This document shows, in pieces, positions 48,203 through 60,815 of a DNA stretch of 64,000 bases (position 1 is its first letter; each line of letters starts with the position of its first letter). The stretch comes from Malacoraja senta (taxonomy: Eukaryota): positions 174,778,001-174,842,000 of the forward strand of contig CM075978.1 in NCBI GenBank assembly GCA_038087875.1. The letters run 5' to 3'. Position numbers and translations under genes: made by a program. The notes below the pieces were generated by a model. That model did not search any database, was not told the DNA's origin, and saw nothing but the letters and a program-made list of their open reading frames with translations.

Positions 48203-50729
48203 GTCGCGCTCCTGATGACGTCACGCGGCAGGCAGCCGTTCAGATCGCGATCGCTGCAGGTAAGACCCGATTTTCTCCCGTTTTAATTTTCTTCGGCACG
48301 GAGCTAGTTGGCGCTGGACTCAAGCCTCCATAGCGCCACCGGAAGTAGCTACCACTCTCTGAGTAAAGAAGTTCCCCCTAATGTTCCCCCTAAACTTCTG
48401 TCCCTTAATTCTCAAGTCATGTCCCCTTGTTTGAATGTTCCCTACTCTCAATGGGAAAAGCTTATCCACGTCCACTCTGTCTAACCCGCTCATAATTTTA
48501 AAGACCTCTATCAAGTCCCCTCTTAACCTTCTGCGCTCCAAAGAATAAAGACCTAACTTGTTCAACCTTTCTCTGTAACTTAGTTGCTGAAACCCAGGCA
48601 ACATTCCAGTAAATCTCCTCTGTACTCTCTCTATTTTGTTGACATCCTTCCTATAATTAGGCGACCAAAATTGTACTCCATACTCCAGAATTGGCCTCAC
48701 CAATGCCTTGTACAATTTTAACATTACATCCCAACTTCTATATTCAATGCTCTGATTTATAAAGGCCAGCACACCAAAAGCTTTCTTTACCACCCTATCT
48801 ACATGAGATTCCACCTTCAGGGAACTATGCACAGTTATTCCTAGATCCCTCTGTTCAACTGCATTCCTCAATTCGCTACCATTTACCGTGTACGTCCTAT
48901 TTTGATTTGTCCTGCCGAGATGTAGCACCTCACATTTGTCAGCATTAAACTCCATCTGCCATCTTTCAGCCCACTCTTCCAAATGGCCTAAATCTCTCTG
49001 TAGACTTTGAAAATCTACTTCATTATCCACAACACCACCTATCTTAATATCATCTGCATACTTACTAATCCAACTTTCCACACCTTCATCCAGATCATTG
49101 ATGTACATGACAAACAACAGTGGACCCAACACAGACCCCTGAGGCACCCCACTCGTCACCGGCCTCCAACCTGACAAACAGCCATCCACCATTACTCTCT
49201 GGCATCTCCCATTCAGCCACTGTTGAATCTATCTTGCTACTCCACCATTAATACCCAACAATTGAATCTTCTTAACCAACCTTCCATGAGGAACCTTGTC
49301 AAATGCCTTACTGAAGTCCATACAGACAACATCCACTGCTTTACCCTCATCAATTTCCCTAGTAACCTCTTCGAAAAAATCAAGAAGATCAGTCAAGCAT
49401 GACCTTCCAGGCACAAATCCATGTTGACTGTTCCTAATCAGACCCTGCTTATCCAGATGCTTATATATATTATCTTTAAGTATCCTTTCCATTAATCTGC
49501 CCACCACTGACGTCAAACTAACAGGTCTATAATTGCTAGGTTTACTCTTCGAACCCTTTTTAAACAACGGAACAACATGCGCAGTACGCCAATCCTCTGG
49601 CACTATTCCCGTTTCTAATGACATTTGAAATATTTCTGTCATAGCCCCTGCTATTTCTACACTAACTTCCCTCAATGTCCTAGGGAATATCCTGTCAGGA
49701 CCTGGAGACTTATCTTAGCTGGAGACAGTTTACTCATTTAAAAGGCTTTAAACCACCGTTTAAAACATCGCGCTTACTGATGACGCCATCAGTCCGGCGA
49801 CCAGAAGCTCCGGTAAGGTTTTTTAATCCAGTCCCGATTTATGGACCCGTTTTACACGAAAAATCGCGAAATTTTTCGGGAGCGGAGCTAGGTGCATGTC
49901 TGTTAATCCAACATGGCGCCACCGGAAGTCGCCTCCTACATTTTAAACTGGTCTGGAGGCCTTGTCACCACAGGATATGCAATGGGCACGACTTCCACGA
50001 ACTATTATTGCAGTTCCATAGAAAGCGGCATTGTTGCCTTCTAATCGTGTCTGCGTCCAATTCCTTACACCGGGTCTTACTAAATTATTGTTACATGTAA
50101 TAGTTTCGCCAAAACATAAACACGCAGTTCGGTTCACTGATTCTTCACATGTTTTCTGGATAGCTTAATGCTGGTGGTAATTCATTTTCATCATCCTGGT
50201 TCTCCAAGAACGCCAAGTGGATCCGCCCACAAGCAAGGCTGGCAGTTTTCCCTTGGCACTGGTAGCAACACAGTCCATGGGCGAAGTCCCAACTAATGAG
50301 CGCCCCCGCAAGGCTGTGTTATTCTTTTTCCATATCAGCAACATATTACGGTTAACAATTGACAGTAAAATACATCAACATACACTTGTCTGCTAACTGT
50401 GGTATTTATACAAGGTTGTTACAAAATGTTCAATCAAGGTTACTACTCAATCTTTATCTGAAATCCGCAGTAGCTCCATAGCCATTCTTTAGTTGCTCTT
50501 TATTTTGCATGCTATCCCTTTAACCATTTCCACCCAATAGATCACTACTGAATATGTCATATCCTGTCACTTTCCTTGCATTCCACCGTTTGATGCCTTT
50601 GGATCACTAGTGAAGTAAATATTGTGTCCACTGGAAACTTTGCTGGTCGCACTATTACAGGGTCAGTCTTTGACCCCTGGGACACAGTGACAGTTTAGCC
50701 ACGATCACTCAGTATGTACGATAATGTAA

Positions 50730-52010
50730 TTCCACGGCTCACTGGTTAGATTCGATACGATACAATACAATACGAATCGGTGGGCGGCGCGACTTTCGTC
50801 TGCAGCGGCCTCTGCAGTCCGTCTGTCTTTTTATTATTTTTGTCTTGTTTTTATGTAGTTTTTTATTAATTTTTTTTGTCGGGGTATGTGTGTGGGGGGT
50901 GGGGGTGGGGGTGGGGGGGGTAAACTTTGAAATCTTTCCGCCGCACGGGAGACCCGACCTTTTCTTTGTCGGGTCTCCGTTGTCGTTGGGGCTGGGCAAC
51001 GTGGAGCGGCCTCCAGCAGGAACGACCTGGGGCTCCCGTGGAGCTGCGGACTACTCACCGTCGCGGGGCTGGCCGAGTCCGGAGCGGGTGGAGCTGTGGT
51101 GGAGCGCTGCTGCTACCCGACCGCCGGAGATTCGGAGGCTACAACCGCGGGTCTGGCGGACGGCAACACCGGAGGCCCGCGGGTCCCCTGGTGGGAGACC
51201 GCTTTTCGGGGCTTCCGCAGCGGCGACTTCTCCCGCCCGAGTTGCGGGGTTGAAGCGCACCTGGAGCGGGGCTTTATCCCCCCGCGCGGCTTGGAATGGC
51301 CACCGGACTTTGCGGGCGCGCGCCGGGGCTCTAACACCAAGACCCGGTGCGCGACCTTGCATCACCCGGCGTGGCTTTAATGGCTGCGGGACAATGGCTG
51401 CGGGACAATCACCATCGCCCGCCGGGGGCTTTGACTTTGACTCTGACATCGGGGGGGGGGGGGGGAGTGCAGTGGAGAGATACGTTTTTTTGCCTTCCAT
51501 CACAGCGCTGTGATGGATGTATGTGTAAATTGTGTTGTGTCTCGGGTCTTCTTCGTTTTGTATTGTATGGCTGCAGAAACGACATTTCGTTTGGACCTCA
51601 AGGGGTCCAAATGACAAATTTGTCCAAAAGACAAATAAATTGAATTGAACTTTATTCATCCCCGGAGGGAAATTGGTCTGCCGACAGTCACAACACATAA
51701 GGTACACCAAAATTTGAAATTAAATGTGAGAAGAAAAATAAAAAGAAAAGCGACTGTTGGCAGGCTGCCGTATGCACAGCGTATTCACTAGAACAAATGT
51801 CCAGGCCCCGGATCGTCCGTGGCCTCACCCCGTCCCCTGAGCCGGCAGCTGCCGCCGCCAGCTTTAGCGCCTATGCCCCAGATCGTCGGCGTGGCTCTTC
51901 GTCGTCGTCATCATCGTCGTCGCTGCTGACGCCGCCGCCGCCCTGTCATCTCAATTCTGGAAAGACCCCAACTGCGAAGGCGCGGCTGAGGACCCGTTGG
52001 GTGCCCTTTG
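50730..52010. repeat. GC-rich interspersed repeat cluster (probable non-autonomous retroelement pieces)
   Basis: (gatac/aatac)n and (aattg)n tails, CpG-rich cores, no recognisable protein domain. Confidence 0.4.
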
Positions 52011-52529
52011 CACGGGAACTGTCCCCAAAATGCGCAGTCGCGGTTCTTACGGTTTTTAAACCGTAATACTTTTTCAAATATACCATCGATCTGAGCAAAA
52101 CTTATTGAATTTACAGCACAGGACAATGGTGAGTACGGCGGGGAAAAACTGTTTTTGCGCAAATAGAAAAACAATGCAAACCTGCAGATAGCAAGATGAG
52201 TTTTAGTTACATATATAGCTAAACAAGGCACACAACACTACAAGTATTAGTACTACAATATTTAACTCGTGTACTAAAGATGTCACAAGACCAATGACTT
52301 GGACTCATATTACTCATATGAATGAATTGGCCGGGTTCACTCTTAAACCAGTAAGGTCCTACAGTGAAAGGGTTAAGGGTTAAAGAAAACAATAAGGACA
52401 CATTCCCCACATGATGTGAAATATTCCCCACATCAACCAAATCTCCAATAATTTTCGTCATACATTCCAAACTGTTTTATGATGGAAGTTAGATGGTATG
52501 CAGTAATTCCCACCCACATCACCACAGTT

Positions 52530-53510
52530 GAAACATAGGAACTTACAAAGATAGGTGGAGGGGTAGGTAGTGTAGACCAAGCAGGGACTCTGCAGAAAGA
52601 CTTGGGCAGGTTGAGAGAGTGGGCTGAGAAGTGGCAGATGGAATACAGCATAGCAAAGTGCGGAGACATGTATTTTGGTAGTAGGAATAAAGGCATTGAC
52701 TATTTTCTAAATGGGGGGGGGGGGTGGGGGGGGTGGGGGGTGGGGTGGTGGGGGGGTGGGGGGGGGGTTGGGGGTGGGGGGGGGGGGTGTAGAGTTCAGA
52801 GTTCAGAAAGGGACCTGGGAATGCCGTTTCAGGATACCCAAAAAGTTCATTTGCAAGTTGAATCGACAGTAAAGAAAGTTAATGCAACATTGGTATTTAT
52901 TTCGAGAGGGACAGAATTAAAAACACATCGACGTAATGCTGAGGTATTGGTCAGACCACATTTGGAGTATTGTGAGCGGATTTGGATTCCATATCTGAGG
53001 AAAGATGTGCTGGCCTTGGAGAGGGTCTAGAGGAGGTTTACGACAATGATCCCAGGAATGATTGTGTTAACATATGATGTGCGTGTGAAGGCACTGGGTC
53101 TGTATTTGCTGGAATTTGCAAGGATGAGTGGGGGAGTGGGGGAGCCAGTGGGGGGAGGGTGGGGGGACCTCATTGAAACTTACCGAATAGTGAAAGGCCT
53201 GGATAGATTAAAGGTGGAGAGTAGTGGGAGAGGCTAGGATCGGCGGCTGTAGCTTCAGAATTAAAGGACATACCTTTAGAAAGGAGATGAGGAGGAATGT
53301 CTTTAGTCGGAGGACGGCGAATCTGTGGAATTCATTGCCACAAATGATCGTCGTATTTTTAAGGTGGAGATTGACAGATTTAAGGGTTTCAGGTGTTATG
53401 AGGCGAAGGTAGGAGAATGTGGTTAAGATGGAAATACATATCAGCCATGTTTGAATGGCGGAGTAGACTTGATTGAGTGAATGGCCTAATTCGGCTCCTA
53501 GAACTAATGA
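52530..53510 (+). mobile_element. Degenerate CR1 fragment containing an expanded G tract (52692-52789)
   Basis: [35 protein letters not shown]. Confidence 0.8.
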
Positions 53511-54066
53511 ACTGATGATTCGATTTGGGCACTGTATGGGGAGATCGCCGCCCCCCCCCCCTTTGTTTGTAGGTATCTATTTAAACGTTCAACCTTCTCC
53601 ATATTGAACATCCCTTCCAGTCGGAATTGTTTGAGGTGCAATTTGGTAGAGTAAATTAATATGCCAGCCTACACATTTTTTCAGGGAACATATCACATGG
53701 CGCTGATCGTTATCTTCGTAGTTCATATAAGGATAATTTAGGGGGAATTTGCCATGAATAGACATAATATTTAGTTTCAACGAATTCACGAAATATGACT
53801 TCCACTCACGATGAACAATCACGGCATCTATCAATGCAATTGCAAAGATCGCCATTGAGTTGTTTCTGTTTGAAATAGATCAACAGCAAGAAATAAAAAT
53901 ACAAATGCACACAAGCTAAATTATTGATGTCGAACAATTATAGTTAAATGACAACAAAATCGTTTCCACGTTAATAATGCATAATTTGGCACGGATTTTA
54001 TGTTGATGTCTTAAATTAAGAAATTCTAGTCCTTCATTTTTTCTTCGATTTGGTCCCTTCTGTTTT

Positions 54067-54129
54067 CTAGAATCCACTCAGCTCCACAGGGGCATAAATC
54101 AGCTTCTGACTAGTGTTCACTCGCTTAAT
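54067..54129 (-). CDS. Gene 2 terminal cytoplasmic exon (IKRVNTSQKLIYAPVELSGF*), acceptor appears mutated
   Basis: KLIYAPV aligns with gene 1 KVIYAPL. The expected acceptor reads ttcacAA rather than AG; an in-frame AG lies 6 nt downstream (exon start 54123). Confidence 0.7.
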   Translation of the reverse strand: MKRVNTSQKLIYAPVELSGF

Positions 54130-54238
54130 TTGTGAATACAATATTTAGGAATGGATCATTATTTATAGAAGAAAGCCAATTTTAAAAAAAGAAAACACGT
54201 TTACTGTTCCGAATGACTTGCGACAACCCACAACCTAC

Positions 54239-54349
54239 CTCTGCATATGTGGTTCTTTCCTCCGTGTCTTTCATACTTGAAACCATCTTAGACCTGGATA
54301 AATCTAATGCTGCATATGAGCAGAACTCATCATTTTCTTTTCCCGTCCG
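54239..54349 (-). CDS. Gene 2 cytoplasmic exon 2 (RTGKENDEFCSYAALDLSRSKMVSSMKDTEERTTYAE)
   Basis: 111 nt, phase 0-0, acceptor ttattttgcag, donor GAG|GTAGGT. YAALDLS and ERTTYAE align with gene 1 YAALNLS and ERTLYAQ. Confidence 0.85.
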
Positions 54350-55148
54350 CTGCAAAATAATGTTTTATTCATGTGTATTACTCCTTATATGCAATTGAAT
54401 TCAGATGGTGAATGCAAAAAGGCAATGTAATATTTTCAATTTCTCAAAAGAGTTTAAAAAAATGCCATGGCAGCATGCCGAAAATCTTTACACGTTTGAC
54501 TACTTTTATCAATGACTTCCACTTTTTATTTTAAAACGCTGGAACTTTTTGGGTCCTGCTTGTTAATCGATTTGAGCTCATCCTAATTGTTTCTGTGGTG
54601 TACGACTCCGGAATCACGTTGTACCCATACAGAATCAGGCCATCCCGCCCACCGGGCTATGCTGATCTTTATGGCCTTCTACATTAATACCACTTGCTTT
54701 TATTCCCCACCTTATTCCCCATCTATTTACCTTGGTATCCTAAAGATTTTCATACATAGAAATTGCATTTACGTCCATCGTCTGCTCTTGCTGCGCTTTT
54801 CAGGTCTCAACTACTCCTTCTACAAAAACCGTACCACTCAAATCCCCTTTCAAATGTATGTTCCCCATATTAAGCGTTTGTCCCCTCGCTTTTAATACCT
54901 CTTGCAGGGAAATGAAAATCTCCCATCAATGCCTTTGATTTTACTTCGGAGTCACGTGAGTGACTACGTGAAGAACCCCGCCAGTGCGCCTGCGCGTCAT
55001 TACGTCAGACGCCTTGACGCAAACGGACGTGAGGAGCAGAGCTCCTCTAATGGATTTGTAGTTTTTAACTACAAGGTAAGTAAAAACATTTTTCAGTATT
55101 TTCAGGTCCGTTTACTGTGGGTCTGTGGGAATTTTTTCCACAGACGCC

Positions 55149-58100
55149 ATGGAAAAAACGGGCAGGGGTAAGAGGCGAGCGACTCAGCCGACAGAAAGTC
55201 GGGAAAGTCGGGAGTCTGCGGTTAGCGACCCACCGCCTCTAACCCCGGTACAGTCACCAGCGGTGAGCATAGCGACTGTGGACCTGGGGCTGGTGAAAAC
55301 ACAGTCAGCGCCTGTCGGGCGCAAGGCCAAGTTCAAATCGAAACGGGTCACGGAGCAGGAGTCCCAGGAAATGGAAATGGAAGAAGCTCCAGGGATAGGT
55401 ACTGCTTTTAAGCGTATTGCCCAAATGGAAAGCCTGCTACGTAGGCTGTTGGAGCGAAGTACACTCAGGTAAGAGTGTACTGAAATCCAAGTTGCTGGAA
55501 GCAGCTCAACAGCTCCTGGTACAGGGCTGATAGAATGCACTCTCAGGGATGAGGAGCGTGCCACGGGTCATGAGATTTCAGACCCCGACTCTGACGGTGA
55601 GGCTGTACAAGGTGAAGAACGGCAGCTGCCAGATGTTCCACCCCTGGCAGTACGATTCGCTGCCCCGTCAGGGTCAGGAAAGCCATTAGGAGAAGAATTG
55701 GCCTCCCTAATAAATTACTTGGTTTCCCATCAGCTGGAACAGCAGGAGATGGATGAGAATGCAAGAAAATATGAGTTGAGTATGACTATGAGAACTCAAG
55801 AATTGAAATTGCAGAGAATATTAAAGCTGCTGGGTTCTGGAATAACTGCTTTTGCCAGAATAGCGGATAAAAGCCAAGAGATGACGGAGTTGCATCAGGA
55901 AGCACTGGGGTTGCTATGCAGCACCCACTTCGAGATCAATTGTCTGAGGAAAGGTGCTATACGGCCTACTATGAATCCGAAATTCACAGCACTCTGCAAA
56001 CCAAGTAATGTACAATTACCCAACTTACTCTTTGGAGAGGATCTCGGGAGATGTATTAAAGAGTTGGAAGATGAAGCGAAAACAGGATTGATGAAAACAT
56101 CAATGGTTGTAAAGTCTGTAAAGAGGAAGTATCCTTTCAGACGTCATACGGATCCTGGACCAGGACCAAGTCGCTCATCAACGCAGGGATGTAGCTGGCG
56201 GCCTGCAGCGGGAGCAAGAACCAGTGGGGGTGCTTCCGGGACAATCCAGGGATCTCAGGGTACTCAAATGACTCAAGAGGTAGGTGGACCTGGTTCTCAT
56301 GGGAACATACTAACCAGATTAAGTCCAAAAGTTGGAGGCAGATTACGTCTCTTCTATAACAATTGGAAGAAGATTACTTCAGATGTGGTAATTTTGAATA
56401 GTATACAAGGATTTCGAATTGAATTCAATCCAAATTATGTTTTGCCTGTCCAGCATGTTCCTGGCAGAACTCTCCACTTTGCACAAAAAGAAGTGATGGA
56501 GGTTCAAGCTGCGTTTCAAACCCTATATATAAAAGGTGTTATTGAAGAATCGGTCTACCAAATTCACCAATTTGTGTCAAATATATTCCCTCGATCAAAA
56601 AAGGATGGAGGATGTAGGATTATTCTAGACTTGACAAGTCTGAATCCTTTTGTTTAATTTAAACATTATAAAAGGGAGACATTTGTGACTGCCAAACAAC
56701 TTATTTCAGAAGCATGTCATATGGCAACTATAGATTTAAAAGATACATATTATTCAGTGTCTGTTTACTCAGAAGATAGGAAGTATCTTAAATTTACATG
56801 GATGAACCAGTTATGGCAGTTCAAAGCTTTGCTTAATGGGTTAACGTCCGCTCCCAGAATATTCACAAAATTGTTAAAACCAATTCTGGGGTTGCTGAGA
56901 AGCCAGGGGCACGTACTAATGGCACACTTGGATGATGTCCTGGTTATAGGAAGGACAAAACAGTCAACAGAAGCATCTGTTGCAGTTGTGAAATCAACTT
57001 TTGAAAGTTTGGGGTTTCTAATTCATCCAAAGAAATCAAGGTTAACACCATGTACCTCGATTGATTATTTGGGGTTCACAATTGATTCAGTCCAAATGAA
57101 AATTACTTTGCCAGTGAAAAAAGGGTGGAGTTGATTAAAGATTGCAGTAATCTGTTAAACGAGCAAAAGCCCTCAATCAGACAGGTGGCTCGAGTACTGG
57201 GAAAATTAGTAGCAGCATTCCCAGCAGTCCAATACGGACCATTACATTATCAACAGCTGCAGAGAGTTAAAGAACAGGCACTGAGTATGCATGCTGGTCA
57301 TTTTGATAGAACCATGCAACTAACAACAAATGCTGTTTCTGATCTGCAGTGGTGGATTCTACATGTCTCAAGCAGTTCCAGCAAAGTGCTGATTGAACAA
57401 CCTTCCATGATATTACAAACTGATGCCAGTGCACTAGGATGGGGTGCAACTGACTTAGCATCTAGCTGCGGAGGCAGATGGAATCAGGAAGACTCATTGT
57501 TACTGCAGACATGGGGAGTTAACTATTTGGAGTTTTAGGATGTTTCTATGGACTCCAAGCTTATTGTTCTAACACAACTAAAAGACATGTTCAAGTTCAA
57601 ATTGATAAACACAACAGCAGTTGCCTATATTAATGATATGGGTGGAATCAAGTCGGGGTCATGTGACAAAATGGCTAATCAACTTTGGTCTTGGTATACT
57701 GAAAAGAACATTTGGATTTCAGCTATCTATCTACCAGGTAGAATGAACACGATAGCAGACACCAGGTCACGAAAGTTCCATGATAATAAGAATGGATGTT
57801 GAATCGAGAGGTATTCAATGATATAGTAATCAGATTTGGAATGCCCGACATCGACTTGTTTGCATCTAGACTAAATCATCAGCTATCGAGATATGTCTCA
57901 TGGGAATCAGATCCAGGAGCAGTGGCGATTGATGCTTTCTCGTTACATTGGGGTGGTATGTTTTCATATATATTTCCACTTTTCTGCCTCATAAGCCAAT
58001 ATTTGCTTAAATTCAGGCAAGATGCTGCTTCAGTGATATTGGTAGTAGCAGATTGGCCTACACAGCCATGGTATCCGTTGATATTAGAATTAACAACACA

Positions 58101-58250
58101 AATGTTGATGAAAGTCCCAAAAAGGAGTAATTTATTGCTGCACCCTCTAACAGGGGAACAACATCCATTATATGATCGTTTGGATATGTTGATTTGCAGG
58201 TTTCAAGAAGGCCTTTTCTGGGGCGAGGACTGTCTGAGTGTACTGTGAAC
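55149..58250 (+). pseudogene. DIRS gag-like ORF, RT, RNase H and methyltransferase-like domain with stops and frameshifts
   Basis: CRIILDL, ATIDLKDTYY, HLDD (RT); LQTDASALGWG, NTTAVAYIN (RNase H); DIDLFASRLN...DAFSLHW (MT-like). Confidence 0.85.
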
Positions 58251-58500
58251 ATGCTTACGGCAGCCTGGAGGAAGAGCACTCAAAAACAGTACCTTTCTTA
58301 TATTAAGAAATGGGAAGATTTCTGTGTACAAAAGAATGTGCAATATAGTACTGCAGATATTTCATATGTTTAGAATTTCTGTCAAAACTTTATTATGATG
58401 AAGGTCTGAGTTGTAGTGCAATTAATTCAGCCAGAAGTGCATTGTCCTCATATTTGGTTCTGGATTCAGAAAGAAACCCAATTGGGTCACACCCAATTGG

Positions 58501-59865
58501 TTATTAAAGATGGGATAGCAGCACATTTGGAAAGTGGTGAAATCATTGGACAAAGTCAGCATGGATTTACGAAAGGTAAATCATGTCTGACGAATCTTAT
58601 AGAATTTTTCGAGGATGTAACTAGTAGCGTGGATAGGGGAGAACCAGTGGATGTGGTGTATCTGGACTTCCAGAAGGCTTTCGACAAGGTCCCACATAAG
58701 AGATTAGTATACAAACTTAAAGCACATGGCATTGGGGGTTCAGTATTGATGTGGATAGAGAACTGGCTGGCAAACAGGAAGCAAAGAGTAGGAGTAAACG
58801 GGTCCTTTTCACAATGGCAGGCAGTGACTAGTGGGGTACCGCAAGGCTCAGTGCTGGGACCCCAGCTATTTACAATATATATTAATGACCTGGATGAGGG
58901 AATTGAAGGCAATATCTCCAAGTTTGCGGATGACACTAAGCTGGGGGGCAGTGTTAGCTGTGAGGAGGATGCTAGGAGACTGCAAGGTGACTTGGATAGG
59001 CTGGGTGAGTGGGCAAATGTTTGGCAGATGCAGTATAATGTGGATAAATGTGAGGTTATCCATTTTGGTGGCAAAAACAGGAAAGCAGACTATTTTCTAA
59101 ATGGTGGCCGACTAGGAAAAGGGGAGATGCAGCGAGACCTGGGTGTCATGGTACACCAGTCATTGAAAGTAGGCATGCAGGTGCAGCAGGCAGTGAAGAA
59201 AGCAAATGGTATGTTAGCTTTCATAGCAAAAGGATTTGAGTATAGGAGCAGGGAGGTTCTACTGCAGTTGTACAGGGTCTTGGTGAGACCACACCTGGAG
59301 TATTGCGTACAGTTTTGGTCTCCAAATCTGAGGAAGGACATTATTGCCATAGAGGGAGTGCAGAGAAGGTTCACCAGACTGATTCCTGGGATGTCAGGAC
59401 TGTCTTATGAAGAAAGACTGGATAGACTTGGTTTATACTCACTAGAATTTAGGAGATTGAGAGGGGATCTTATAGAAACTTACAAAATTCTTAAGGGGTT
59501 GGACAGGCTAGATGCAGGAAGATTGCTCCCGATGTTGGGGAAGTCCAGGACAAGGGGTCACAGCTTAAGGATAAGGGGGAAATCCTTTAAAACCGAGATG
59601 AGAAGAACTTTTTTCACACAGAGAGTGGTGAATCTCTGGAACTCTCTGCCACAGAGGGTAGTCGAGGCCAGTTCATTGGCTATATTTAAGAGGGAGCTAG
59701 ATGTGGCCCTTGTGGCTAAAGGGATCAGAGGGTATGGAGAGAAGGCAGGTACGGGATACTGAGTTGGATGATCAGCCATGATCATATTGAATGGCGGTGC
59801 AGGCTCGAAGGGCCGAATGGCCTACTCCTGCACCTAATTTCTATGTTTCTATGTTTCTATGTTTC
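58501..59865 (+). mobile_element. Young 5'-truncated CR1 LINE inserted in the DIRS YR gene
   Basis: Uninterrupted RT frame to 59762 (SQHGFTKGKSCLTNL, QGSVLGP, FADDTKL); (tttctatg)n tail. Confidence 0.93.
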
Positions 59866-60523
59866 CAGACTAATGAAAGGAATCTTTAATTCCAAACCAC
59901 CGAAACCTAGGTACATGACAATCTGGGATGTAAGTGTGGTACTGAAACTACTTCGTGAATGGTCACCAAGTATGTCTTTACCTTTGGCCAAGCTCAGTAT
60001 GAAAGTATTCATGCTTATGGCATTAGTGACAGCACAACGAGTGCAAACACTTGGAAAATTACAAATAGACAGTATGGAAGTAACTGAAGACAAGGTTACA
60101 TTCTATATCTATGACCTACTAAAGCAAATTAGACCAGGTGTGACAGGATTTAAAATTATGCTAGCAGCATATCCAAATGATCCTTGTCTCTGTGTTAAGA
60201 CATATTTGTTACAATACATTGAGATCACAAAGAATTTGAGAAATACGGAAACTGGGTTGTTGATCACACACAAGAAACCACACAAGAGAGTTTCAATACA
60301 GACTATTTCCAGATGGATAAAAGAAGTCTTAACTGCTGCTGGCATTAACACTTATGTTTTTACGTCTCACTTGGCTAGGGCAGCAGAAATGTCGGCGGCC
60401 AGGGCAAAAGACATCCCCGTCGATCATATCCTCCCAGCCGCCGGGTGGTCCAATGAGTTGATGTTACAACATTTTTACCATCGGCCTATTGTTAATGCGG
60501 GATGGTTTGCAGAAACTATTTAA
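59866..60523 (+). pseudogene. DIRS tyrosine recombinase, C-terminal part (N-terminal part ~58200-58500, split by CR1)
   Basis: RLMKGIFNSKPPKPRY, LVTAQRVQTL, TISRWIK, SHLAR, AAGWS..FY. Confidence 0.85.
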
Positions 60524-60703
60524 AGTTCTGGGTAAATTCCTCTGGTTTAAAGGGGATCTGATTAATTTCATTATTGAAATGAATTACTGCATTTGTGGTA
60601 CAAATGTTATTATGAATGCATGATTGATTATTCTTGTTCCGAGTCAATCAATGCAGTGAGAAGCCGGGATTGATCTACGGCATGAAATCACAAAGCTTTA
60701 AAA

Positions 60704-60815
60704 TCTTCACGTAGTCACTCACGTGAGTCCGAAGTAAAATAGTAAGATTAAACGAGAACTTACCAGTTTGAAGTTTGATCTTTATTTTATGAGGAGTTAC
60801 GTAGGTGATTACGTG
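60704..60815 (+). other. DIRS internal complementary region (ICR)
   Basis: 60704-60740 is the reverse complement of the left terminus (1 mismatch); 60741-60815 is the reverse complement of the right terminus. Confidence 0.9.

Larger units (their letters stand above)
42029..48346 (-). mobile_element. Full-length L1 of a second family (B) inserted into the CR1
   Basis: 14-bp TSD agctacca(g/c)tctct at 42015-42028 and 48347-48360; 5' end acttccggtggcgctatgg; poly(A) at 42029-42037. Confidence 0.93.
41765..49711 (-). mobile_element. 5'-truncated CR1-clade LINE inserted at the start of the old L1 ORF1, itself split by L1-B
   Basis: RT ORF pieces 49229-49675 and 48347-49192 (one TGG>TAG), 3' end at 41800-42028, (atatggtt)n-type tail at 41765-41795, apparent 5-bp TSD atctt at 41760-41764 and 49712-49716. 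Confidence 0.88.
30203..49930 (-). mobile_element. Older full-span L1 (family A), decayed, hosting three nested insertions
   Basis: 14-bp TSD gcctcctacatttt at 30189-30202 and 49931-49944 (TT/AAAA target on the minus strand). 5' end gacttccggtggcgccatg, poly(A)-like tail at ~30203-30232, ORF1 remnants 40693-41760, ORF2 pieces 39805-37508 and 31202-30640. Confidence 0.92.

Noticed and set aside
49945-50730. ERV pol/env leader immediately beyond the old L1 5' end
   Set aside because: Position fits and one frame gives a signal-like LAGALISWDFAHGLCCYQC, but I could not find a diagnostic integrase or Env motif, so it is not annotated.
50845-51710. Overlapping 200+ aa ORFs on both strands
   Set aside because: GC-rich repeat sequence with few stop codons; no domain signature.
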